Source of the DNA: Patescibacteria group bacterium
Lineage (GTDB): Bacteria; Patescibacteriota; Patescibacteriia; Magasanikbacterales; UBA922
Length of the DNA stretch: 64,000 bases
Direction of reading: 5' to 3'
Assembly (NCBI GenBank): GCA_041651535.1
Contig: JBAZIZ010000001.1
Span: forward strand, 6,011-70,010
The stretch's first letter is position 1. Each line of letters starts with the position of its first letter. Under the pieces are notes generated by a model. That model ran no database searches. It was given only the letters and a program-made list of their open reading frames with translations, and was not told the DNA's origin. Below, one piece after another: positions 19,340 through 27,618 of this stretch. The translations under genes and the position numbers were made by a program.

Positions 19340-20200
19340 ATGAAAATTTTAATTTTGGGTTACAAAGGAATGCTTGGGCAAGCAATAGTAGAAGAATTTA
19401 AAAATGATTATGAAATTATTGCTTGGGATAAAGAAGATTTAGATATTTGTGATTTTGAGTTAGTAAAAAATAAAATTTCAGAAATTTCTCCTGAAATTAT
19501 AATAAATACAACAGCAATCAATGCCGTTGATAAAATCGAGGAGTCCGAAGATTTTTTTGAATTAGCAAAAAAAGTAAATGGCGAAGCAGTAGGGAATCTA
19601 GCAGAAATTTGTAATGAAAAAAAAATAATTTTAGTTCATTATTCTTCTGATTATGTTTTTTATGGTGATAATAAAAATGCTTATAAAGAAGATGCTAAAA
19701 TAAATCCAATCAATAAATATGGTGAAACAAAAGCTTTAGGAGAAAAATTACTTCAAGAAAAAACAGATAAATTTTATTTGATTCGTTTATCAAAATTATT
19801 TGGCAAACCAGCCATTGCGGAAGGCGCTAAAAAAAGTTTTATAGATATGATGATTTGGCTTTCAACTGAAGGTGAAAAAGATCATTTAGATTTAGTGGAT
19901 GAAGAAATCAGTTCACCAACTTATGCACCTGATTTAGCAAAATTTACAAGAAAAATTTTAGAAGAAAAAAAAGAATTTGGAATTTATCATGGCACAAATA
20001 CAGGAGTTTGTAGCTGGTATGAATTAGCATTAGAAACTTTTAAAATTAAAAATATAAAAATAGATACAAGTCCAGTCAGTGGAGATAAATTTCCTCGTCC
20101 CGCTAAACGTCCAGTTTATTCAGAATTATTAAATACAAAAATGCCAAAGCAGAGAAGTTGGCAAGAAGCACTGAAAGAATATTTAGGAATTATGAATTAA
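19340..20200 (+). CDS. rfbD: dTDP-4-dehydro-6-deoxyhexose reductase (RmlD family)
   Basis: MKILILGYKGMLGQAIVEEF Rossmann N-terminus; YxxxK (YGETK); typical RmlD size. Confidence 0.75.
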   Translation: MKILILGYKGMLGQAIVEEFKNDYEIIAWDKEDLDICDFELVKNKISEISPEIIINTTAINAVDKIEESEDFFELAKKVNGEAVGNLAEICNEKKIILVHYSSDYVFYGDNKNAYKEDAKINPINKYGETKALGEKLLQEKTDKFYLIRLSKLFGKPAIAEGAKKSFIDMMIWLSTEGEKDHLDLVDEEISSPTYAPDLAKFTRKILEEKKEFGIYHGTNTGVCSWYELALETFKIKNIKIDTSPVSGDKFPRPAKRPVYSELLNTKMPKQRSWQEALKEYLGIMN

Positions 20201-20223
20201 GATTTAGGAATTTAGAATTAAAA
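20199..20223. repeat. (GATTTWA)n post-stop repeat copy
   Basis: aagatttaggaatttagaattaaaa after the rfbD stop. Confidence 0.5.
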
Positions 20224-20246
20224 CAGTTTGAAAAGGACTGTTTTTT
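20221..20246 (+). terminator. Intrinsic terminator after rfbD
   Basis: aaacagtttgaaaaggactgtttttt: 6-7-bp stem, loop, T-run. Confidence 0.55.
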
Positions 20247-20247
20247 C

Positions 20248-20276
20248 TTGACTTTTTGCTTATTTTATGCTAATTT
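20248..20276 (+). promoter_or_regulatory. Sigma70-like promoter for the GC-rich island gene
   Basis: TTGACT-N17-TAATTT, followed by an AGGAGG SD at 20320-20325. Confidence 0.45.
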
Positions 20277-20331
20277 TTAGGTGGTTTGTTTGGACGCTGT
20301 ATCACATCAACTTCTAAATAGGAGGTGTTGG

Positions 20332-20934
20332 ATGATGGATCTGATAAAGTTGGTTGGAGGCTGGGGAATTAAAATCCTCGGTCTCAAAAAAGATGAAATG
20401 ACGGCAGAAAATTTGGTGTTTTTTCGTCCAGAAGATAACAAGTTTTTTCACCTGACTTTGGTGAAAAATGATCTTCCAGGTGGAAAATTTTACATGTCTC
20501 CTATGCTTTTTGAGCATGGAGATGGAAACAAAGTTGGAGATATTGTTGTAACACTGAGAAAATCTCCAACAGGACGCTGGATGGTGCAAGTTGAGAAAGA
20601 GACTGTTTTTGTTACAGAAACTGAAACAATAGAAGTATTTCGTAGCAAACGATCTTCTCTTGATAATGAAGAACCTTCTATAAAACGCAGTGTTGTAAAA
20701 GTGGGCGAAGGTTACAGTAATCCACGAAGAATAGGTGGTAAACCTATTTTCTGTCATTATTTATTGGCTGGCTGGAGTCCTCAGCTTGCTGAGAATATGA
20801 TGGATGTGTTTGATTTTTTGTTGTGTACGGACATGATCGGTCAATCTTGTTTTCTCCGATCATTACAGCATATGCCAGATGAGGTTGCACGAGAGATTTT
20901 TTCTCAGATGCGTGCTCCTGATGGTAAAGAATAA
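20332..20934 (+). CDS. Hypothetical protein (201 aa) in a GC-enriched island with a canonical SD
   Basis: AGGAGG 6 nt upstream of ATGATG. GC in the first 60 nt is about 42% versus about 12-25% in neighbouring genes. ORF-track start 20281 is GTG. No recognisable domain. Confidence 0.55.
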   Translation: MMDLIKLVGGWGIKILGLKKDEMTAENLVFFRPEDNKFFHLTLVKNDLPGGKFYMSPMLFEHGDGNKVGDIVVTLRKSPTGRWMVQVEKETVFVTETETIEVFRSKRSSLDNEEPSIKRSVVKVGEGYSNPRRIGGKPIFCHYLLAGWSPQLAENMMDVFDFLLCTDMIGQSCFLRSLQHMPDEVAREIFSQMRAPDGKE

Positions 20935-21088
20935 ATAAAATTAAAAACAACGTTCTAACAAACCAAACCAGTGCACGTCATATCTTTTTTAAAGATAGTT
21001 GGGCGGCACAGTGTTCCTTTTTATGCTTTTCTGAAAATTGTCCAAAAGACAATTAGTAGGGAAAGCTTTTTTATTTATATTTTTTTTC

Positions 21089-21117
21089 TTGAACCTTAAT
21101 TTTTTTTCTGTTATAAT
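21089..21117 (+). promoter_or_regulatory. Sigma70 promoter with extended -10 (TTGAAC-N17-TGtTATAAT)
   Basis: Near-consensus hexamers with 17-nt spacing, 25 nt upstream of the 21143 start. Confidence 0.6.
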
Positions 21118-21142
21118 GAATAAATCTTAAATAACGTTTTCT

Positions 21143-22414
21143 ATGAAAAAAACTTTTAAATTTTTTATTTTTTCTATATTTTTAATGATTGGTTTTTTAT
21201 TTTTTACGAAAATAAATTATTCACAAGCTATAGAAAACAATGAAAATGTAAATTTTGAAAATGAAAAGAAAATTGATTATGCTTTGTTTTATTCAGATAC
21301 TTGTCCGCACTGTCATGCTGAAATTCAGTTTATAAATAAAGTCCTCATGACCGAAAAATATGAAAAATATTTAAATTTTAAATTTTATAATATTTACGAT
21401 GAAAAGACAAAAGAAATCATGACAGAATATTCTTATAATTTTAAAGTAGATATCAAAGGTGTACCAATAGCTTTTATTGCTGATAAAGTTATTTCTGGTT
21501 TTGGTACAGAAGATACAACTGGTAAAGATATTTTAAAAATAATTGATAAAAAAATTGCGGAAATTGAAAAACAAAATCAAGAAGAAATAAACTCATCATT
21601 AACCGCTAGTTCTTCTATAAACACCTCAACTTCATCGTCAATAGTTTGTGATGATGAAAAAATGATAGAAATTCCATTTTTGGGAACAATTTATTTGAAA
21701 GATTTTTCTTTGCCAGTTTTAACTTTAATCATCGGTCTTTTGGATGGTTTTAATCCTTGTGCTATGTGGGTTTTGTTATTTTTGATAACCTTGCTTTTGG
21801 GAATGGAAGATAAGAAAAAAATGTTAATTTTAGGTTCATTATTTTTATTATCGTCAGCTTTGGTTTATTTCTTTTTTATGGCTGCTTGGCTTAATTTTAT
21901 CATGTTTGTAAGTATGATAATTTTTGTGAGAATTTTTATTGGTTTGGTAGCTGTCGGTGTTGGTGGAGTAAATATCAGAGATTATTGGCAGAATCGAAAA
22001 GTTGATGGAGTGGTTTGTAAAGTTTCTAAAAATACTAAAACTCAAAAAATATTTGATAAAATAAGAAATATTGTTCATAGAGATAATTTTCTTTGGTCAA
22101 TTTTGGGAATTTTGATTTTAGGTTTTTCAGTTAATTTAGTAGAACTGGCTTGTTCAGCTGGTTTTCCTGCTATTTATACACAAATTTTAGCAATGAGTGA
22201 TTTGATGACTTGGCAAAAATATTTGTACATGTTTTTTTACATTTTATTTTACATGCTTGATGACCTAATAGTTTTTATAATTGCTATGTCTACTCTAAAA
22301 ACTCATGTCTTTGGTTCAAAATATGCAAAATATACAAATTTAATTTCTGGAATTTTAATTTTAATTTTAGGTTTACTTCTTATTTTTAAACCAGAGTGGC
22401 TCATGTTTTCTTAA
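21143..22414 (+). CDS. Thiol:disulfide oxidoreductase: thioredoxin-like domain (CPHC) fused to a CcdA/DsbD-like transmembrane domain
   Basis: YSDTCPHCHAE CxxC motif; LLDGFNPCAMWVLLFL and later TM Cys, typical of DsbD/CcdA cores. Confidence 0.7.
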   Translation: MKKTFKFFIFSIFLMIGFLFFTKINYSQAIENNENVNFENEKKIDYALFYSDTCPHCHAEIQFINKVLMTEKYEKYLNFKFYNIYDEKTKEIMTEYSYNFKVDIKGVPIAFIADKVISGFGTEDTTGKDILKIIDKKIAEIEKQNQEEINSSLTASSSINTSTSSSIVCDDEKMIEIPFLGTIYLKDFSLPVLTLIIGLLDGFNPCAMWVLLFLITLLLGMEDKKKMLILGSLFLLSSALVYFFFMAAWLNFIMFVSMIIFVRIFIGLVAVGVGGVNIRDYWQNRKVDGVVCKVSKNTKTQKIFDKIRNIVHRDNFLWSILGILILGFSVNLVELACSAGFPAIYTQILAMSDLMTWQKYLYMFFYILFYMLDDLIVFIIAMSTLKTHVFGSKYAKYTNLISGILILILGLLLIFKPEWLMFS

Positions 22415-22417
22415 TTT

Positions 22418-23161
22418 ATGTTTATTTACTTTGTCATTTTTTTACTTTGTGCTTTTTTTGGTTGGATATTAGAAGTTTTTTATCGTTCTTACCGAAAGAA
22501 ATTTGTTTTGGTTAACCCTGGGTTTTTAAAAGGACCTTACTTGCCAATTTATGGTTTTGGTGGGATTATTTTATTTTTATTAAGTGATTTTTTGAGTCAA
22601 CAAAATATTTTTTTTGTATTTTTAACTTATTTTGTAGTTTTAACTGCTTTGGAATTGGTTACTGGTTTGATTTTTGAAAATTATTTTAAGACAAAACTGT
22701 GGGATTATTCAAAAAATAAATTTAATTATAAAGGTATAGTTTGTCTGGAATTTTCTGTTTATTGGTCAATTTTAGCTTTATTTTTTCAAAATTTTTTTTA
22801 TCCATTATTTTTAAAAATTTCAATTTTGGAATTTAATGGTTTAGTTTATTCAATTTTAGGATTCATTTATGGCATAATTTTTGTCGATATGTTTGAATCT
22901 TTTAAATTAGCTTACAAAATCAGAACTTTTGCTAGGGAATTTACTAAAAATATAAAAGAAAAGACTTTGAACAATAAAATTCAATTTCAAGAAATGTTAA
23001 AAGAATTTGAAAAAAATAGTAAGATAAAATTATCTAAAAAATATTTTTTAAAAGATCTTTTATCTCGTCTTGATATATTTTTTCGTATTGACGCTAGAGA
23101 ATTAAAAAATAATTTTGATGATTTTATTGCTAAATATAAAAATATCAATAAAAATGATTAG
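22418..23161 (+). CDS. Hypothetical integral membrane protein
   Basis: Multiple TM helices (LPIYGFGGIILFLL…); no motif confidently assigned. Confidence 0.45.
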   Translation: MFIYFVIFLLCAFFGWILEVFYRSYRKKFVLVNPGFLKGPYLPIYGFGGIILFLLSDFLSQQNIFFVFLTYFVVLTALELVTGLIFENYFKTKLWDYSKNKFNYKGIVCLEFSVYWSILALFFQNFFYPLFLKISILEFNGLVYSILGFIYGIIFVDMFESFKLAYKIRTFAREFTKNIKEKTLNNKIQFQEMLKEFEKNSKIKLSKKYFLKDLLSRLDIFFRIDARELKNNFDDFIAKYKNINKND

Positions 23162-23711
23162 AAAATTTATTTACAAAAATCAAGAAATAAAATTTTTAAT
23201 TAAAAAGACAAAACGTTTGTCAGGATTAAAAATTACAATTTCTGGCGGAAAAAAATACGCGCTTGTGACCAAGCCATTTTTTGTTTCTGATAAAACAGTA
23301 GAAAAATTTCTTAAAGAAAAAGCTGATTGGATTTTGGCAGCCAGAGAAAAATTAAAAAATAATAAACCAAAATTATTAACATTTGGCAATTATCAAGAAT
23401 TTTTACGAAATAAAAATCAAGCACGAAAATTAGTTAAAGAAAAAATAGAAAAATATAACAGTTTTTATAAATTTTCTTATACTAAAATTTATATTAGAAA
23501 TCAAAAAACTAGATGGGGGAGTTGTAGTAGTCGTGGCAATTTAAATTTTAATTATCGTTTATTATTTTTGGAAGAAAAATTTCAAGATTATATTATTGTT
23601 CATGAACTTTGTCATTTAAAAGAAATGAATCATGGAAAAAATTTTTGGAATTTAGTTTCAAAGCAAATTCCTGATTACAAAGAGATTAGAAAAAATTTAA
23701 AAAAGATATAG
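23154..23711 (+). CDS. YgjP-like (DUF45/WLM-type) zinc metallohydrolase
   Basis: HELCHLKEMNHGKNFW HExxH motif near the C-terminus; ATG at 23154 preferred over the ORF-track start 23115. Confidence 0.7.
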   Translation: MIRKFIYKNQEIKFLIKKTKRLSGLKITISGGKKYALVTKPFFVSDKTVEKFLKEKADWILAAREKLKNNKPKLLTFGNYQEFLRNKNQARKLVKEKIEKYNSFYKFSYTKIYIRNQKTRWGSCSSRGNLNFNYRLLFLEEKFQDYIIVHELCHLKEMNHGKNFWNLVSKQIPDYKEIRKNLKKI

Positions 23712-23779
23712 TATTAGAATTTTTTTAACTTGTGAATTCACTTTGTGTTGTGTTATAATAGAAAAAAATAATATTTCTT

Positions 23780-26743
23780 ATGTCTGAAAAAGAATCTTTG
23801 GATGTTTTAAAATTAAACAAAGCACAGGAAGAGGCTGTAAATTATAATGATGGTCCTTTGCTTATTATTGCTGGAGCTGGAACTGGAAAAACAGCTGTAA
23901 TTACCGAAAAAATAGCTAGAATAATAAAAAATGGTTTAGCTAAACCAGAAGAAATTTTGGCTTTAACATTTACAGATAAAGCAGCTAATGAAATGCGTGA
24001 TCGAGTAGATCAAAAAATCAGTTTAGGTTATGCTGACATGCAAATTTCAACTTTTCATAATTTTTGTCTGAATTTACTTAGAGAATATGGTTTAGAAATT
24101 GGTTTACCAGTAGATTTTAAACAAGTAACTGAAAACGAAGCTTGGATTTTGATGCGGAATCATATTTATGATTTTAATTTAGATTATTATCGACCATTAG
24201 GAAATCCAAATTCAAAAATCAAAGCTTTGATCGGACATTTTAGTAAACTAAAAGATGAATTGATAGATTCAGAAAATTATCTAGATTTTGCTGAAAAAAT
24301 GATTTTAGACAAAGACGAAGCTGAAATAAAAGAAAAAAATCGTATTATTGAATTAGCAGATGCTTATCAAAAATATAATCAATTACTTTTGGATAACGCC
24401 ATGTTAGATTTTGGAGATTTAATTTTTTATGCTGTAAAACTTTTGCGTGATCGACCAAATATTTTAAAGAAAATTCAAGAACGTTTTAAATATATTTTAA
24501 TTGATGAATTTCAAGATGTAAATTGGTCGCAATATGAACTTATTAAAAAACTTTCAGAAACTGCTAAATTAACTGTAGTAGGTGACGATGACCAATCAAT
24601 TTATGCTTTTCGCGGTTCAAATGTTTCTATAATCATGCGTTTTAAAGAAGATTTTACTTCAGCTAAAGAAGTTGTTTTGACTGAAAATTATCGTTCAGGA
24701 CAAGAAATTTTGGATTTTGCTTATGAATCTATAAAACATAATAATCCAAATCGTTTGGAAGATAAATTAAAAATAAATAAAAAATTGATAGCTTTTAATA
24801 AGAAAAAATCTTCGGTGGAATATTTTCATTTTAATAATATTATTGAAGAAACTGATTTTGTAATAAATAAAATTTCGGAAATAAAAAATAAAAACAAAGA
24901 AGTTGTCTGGGATGATTTTGCTATTTTGGTTCGTGCTAATTCACATGCTGAAGCTTTTTTGAATGCTTTGGATAAAAGTGGAATTCCTTATGAATTTTTA
25001 GCTTCAAGTGGACTTTATCGTCAAAAAATAATTATGGATATAATTAGTTTTTTGCGTGTTGTCACTAATTGTTATGAAGATACAGGTTTTTATCGTTTGT
25101 TACGAATGACATTTTTAAATTTTAAAGAAAATGACATGCAAAAATTTCTTTTTTTAGCTAAAAAGAAATCAATTTCTTATTACGAAGCTTTAAAAAGAGC
25201 CCGTCATTTTGGTCTTTCAGAAGAAGGTATAAAAATTGCAGAAAAAATTATTGATTTGGTACATGCTGGTATGAAAAATAATCGTCATCTCAAAATATCA
25301 CAAGTCATTTATGAATTTTTGGAAAAAAGTCATTATTTAAAATTTTTGACTGACGCCGAAAAAAGAGGAGACGCCGAATCAATTCGACAAATTTATCATT
25401 TAATACAATTTTTTAAATTAGTTGATAAATATGAAGAAATTACACCAGGAGCTGAAATAATTGATTTTGTAAAATATTTTGATGCTTTAGTTGAATCTGG
25501 AGATAAAGGAAAAATGTATCAAGCAGAAAATACACCTGATTCTGTTAATGTTATCACTGCCCATGGAGCTAAAGGTTTAGAATTTAAATATGTTTTTGTA
25601 GTTAATTGTGTAGATAGTAGATTTCCAAATAGCAAAAATTCAGAAGGAATAGAAATACCAGCCGAATTATTAAAAGAAAAATTAAATTCTAAAGATTTTT
25701 CTATAGAAGAAGAAAGACGTTTATTTTATGTAGCAGCGACTAGAGCAAAAGAAAAACTATTTTTTACTACAGCTCAAACTTATACTGGAAATATTTCTCG
25801 TAAAAATAAAATTAGTCGTTTCTTAGCAGAAATGAATTTTTCTGAAGAATTATCTTCAACAAATAAAAACAATGATATTTCAAAAATGTTGGAAAATAAA
25901 AAACAAAAAGAAATTGCAGAAAAAAAATCTGATTTTATTTATGATTTACCAAAAACTTTTTCTTTTTCCCAAATAAAAAGTTATGAAGCTTGTCCTTATG
26001 CTTACAAATTGGCTCACATTTTAAAACTACCACAAAAACTCCACTCTCATCTTAGTTTTGGTAATTCAATTCATTTAACATTACAAAAATTTTATAAAAA
26101 AATCCAAGAATTAAATGATTTAAAACAAGATAGTTTGTTTGCTTTACCTATAAAAAATGTTAAAAAAACTGATAAATTACAAGTGCCAAGTTTTGCTGAT
26201 TTAATTAAAATTTATGAAAATTCTTGGATTGAAGATAATTATGTAAATGAAGTGGAAAGAAAGAAATATTTTGCTGACGGCAAAAGAATTCTTAAAGATT
26301 TTTACGAAACTAATCTAAATAATTGGACAATTCCAGTAGCTTTGGAATCTGGTTTCAAAATAAAAATAGGGGAGTTTTTACTAAATGGAAAAATTGATCG
26401 TATTGATAAATTAGCTGATGGTACTTTAGAAATTATTGATTATAAAACTGGAAAACCAAAAGAAAAATTAGAAGCTGGTGACAAAGCTCAACTTTTGATT
26501 TATCAAATTGCTGCTCAAACTTTACCTGAATATCGAAATATTGGAGAAATATCAAAATTAAGTTTTTATTATTTAACAAACAATAAAAAACTAGATTTTT
26601 TAGGTAAGGAAAAAGATTTAGATAAAGAAATTAAAAAAATTGAAGAAACTATAATCAACATAAAAAATAAAAATTTTGAAGCCAAACCAGGTTTCGAATG
26701 CGATTATTGTTCTTTTCGAGATATTTGTGAATATAAAAAATAA
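23780..26743 (+). CDS. UvrD/PcrA-family helicase fused to a C-terminal PD-(D/E)xK nuclease with an Fe-S Cys cluster (AddA/RecB-like)
   Basis: Walker A GAGTGKT; DEFQDVN (motif II); TAHGAKGLEF…; C-terminal …IDRIDK… and CDYCSFRDIC cluster. Confidence 0.85.
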   Translation: MSEKESLDVLKLNKAQEEAVNYNDGPLLIIAGAGTGKTAVITEKIARIIKNGLAKPEEILALTFTDKAANEMRDRVDQKISLGYADMQISTFHNFCLNLLREYGLEIGLPVDFKQVTENEAWILMRNHIYDFNLDYYRPLGNPNSKIKALIGHFSKLKDELIDSENYLDFAEKMILDKDEAEIKEKNRIIELADAYQKYNQLLLDNAMLDFGDLIFYAVKLLRDRPNILKKIQERFKYILIDEFQDVNWSQYELIKKLSETAKLTVVGDDDQSIYAFRGSNVSIIMRFKEDFTSAKEVVLTENYRSGQEILDFAYESIKHNNPNRLEDKLKINKKLIAFNKKKSSVEYFHFNNIIEETDFVINKISEIKNKNKEVVWDDFAILVRANSHAEAFLNALDKSGIPYEFLASSGLYRQKIIMDIISFLRVVTNCYEDTGFYRLLRMTFLNFKENDMQKFLFLAKKKSISYYEALKRARHFGLSEEGIKIAEKIIDLVHAGMKNNRHLKISQVIYEFLEKSHYLKFLTDAEKRGDAESIRQIYHLIQFFKLVDKYEEITPGAEIIDFVKYFDALVESGDKGKMYQAENTPDSVNVITAHGAKGLEFKYVFVVNCVDSRFPNSKNSEGIEIPAELLKEKLNSKDFSIEEERRLFYVAATRAKEKLFFTTAQTYTGNISRKNKISRFLAEMNFSEELSSTNKNNDISKMLENKKQKEIAEKKSDFIYDLPKTFSFSQIKSYEACPYAYKLAHILKLPQKLHSHLSFGNSIHLTLQKFYKKIQELNDLKQDSLFALPIKNVKKTDKLQVPSFADLIKIYENSWIEDNYVNEVERKKYFADGKRILKDFYETNLNNWTIPVALESGFKIKIGEFLLNGKIDRIDKLADGTLEIIDYKTGKPKEKLEAGDKAQLLIYQIAAQTLPEYRNIGEISKLSFYYLTNNKKLDFLGKEKDLDKEIKKIEETIINIKNKNFEAKPGFECDYCSFRDICEYKK

Positions 26744-26757
26744 AAATAATTTTAATT

Positions 26758-27057
26758 ATGACTTTTACTCCGCTAGGAAATACAATTGATCAAATATTCA
26801 ATAAAAATAATTCACTAAAAAAACAAATTGAATCAGCTGAATTGATAGAAAAAAGCAAAGAAGTTTTTGAGGAATTTTTTGGAAATGAGTTGGCTCATGA
26901 AATCAGGCCTTTATTTTTAAAAAACAGAACTTTAACTGTTTCTTGTTCTGGTTCTGTCGTGGCTCAAGAAATTCGACTTAATCAAGCAGATTTAGTTGAA
27001 AAAATCAATTTAAAAATTGGTACAAATGAAATTGATAGACTAAGATATTTAGTTTAA
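26758..27057 (+). CDS. DUF721 (DciA-like) small nucleic-acid-binding protein
   Basis: 99 aa; LFLKNRTLTVSCSGSVVAQEIRLNQADLVEKIN matches the DUF721 pattern. Confidence 0.5.
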   Translation: MTFTPLGNTIDQIFNKNNSLKKQIESAELIEKSKEVFEEFFGNELAHEIRPLFLKNRTLTVSCSGSVVAQEIRLNQADLVEKINLKIGTNEIDRLRYLV

Positions 27058-27198
27058 AAGTAAAATCAATTTTTTTGCTTAAATTAGATAAATTTTTGAG
27101 ATATTTTTTTATTTTTAGTAAATTTAGCTAATAGTTAAGATTACTAACTTGCCAAAAACGCTAAAAATAGATAAAATGAAAGCATTAAAATAAACTTT

Positions 27199-27609
27199 AT
27201 GAATTTAAAGCAATATTTAAGTATCATGTTTTTTTCCACTATTTTATCTTGGATAGCTTGGGGTTTTGTTATTGTAAATATTGATCCCTTTGAAACTTCT
27301 TGGCTAGGCTTCTTACTATTCTTTTTAAGTTTAGCCGCCGGTCTTATTGGTTTAGTTTCAATACTTATTTTTTTACTTTATAAGTTTTTTGCGTCAGATG
27401 AATTACCTTTGTTTCGTTATGTTAGTGCTAGTTTGAAACAATCTTTGATAATTTCTTTTTTTCTTCTGACTTTTTTATTTTTACAAATGAAATCGCTTTT
27501 AACTTGGTTTAATGGAATTATTTTATTAGTAATTTTTATTTTAGTAATTTCTTTTACTATTTCGATTTCAATAAATAAAAAAAATCATAATCAAAATTTA
27601 GAAGAATAA
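27199..27609 (+). CDS. Hypothetical membrane protein
   Basis: 136 aa, 4 predicted TM helices; promoter-like TTGCCA-N17-TAAAAT upstream. Confidence 0.45.
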   Translation: MNLKQYLSIMFFSTILSWIAWGFVIVNIDPFETSWLGFLLFFLSLAAGLIGLVSILIFLLYKFFASDELPLFRYVSASLKQSLIISFFLLTFLFLQMKSLLTWFNGIILLVIFILVISFTISISINKKNHNQNLEE

Positions 27610-27618
27610 TCATATTTT

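Noticed and set aside
20314-20757. 147-aa minus-strand ORF overlapping the island gene
   Set aside because: It lies entirely antisense to a better-supported + strand gene with promoter and SD. Its low-complexity sequence is typical of shadow ORFs in GC-richer stretches.
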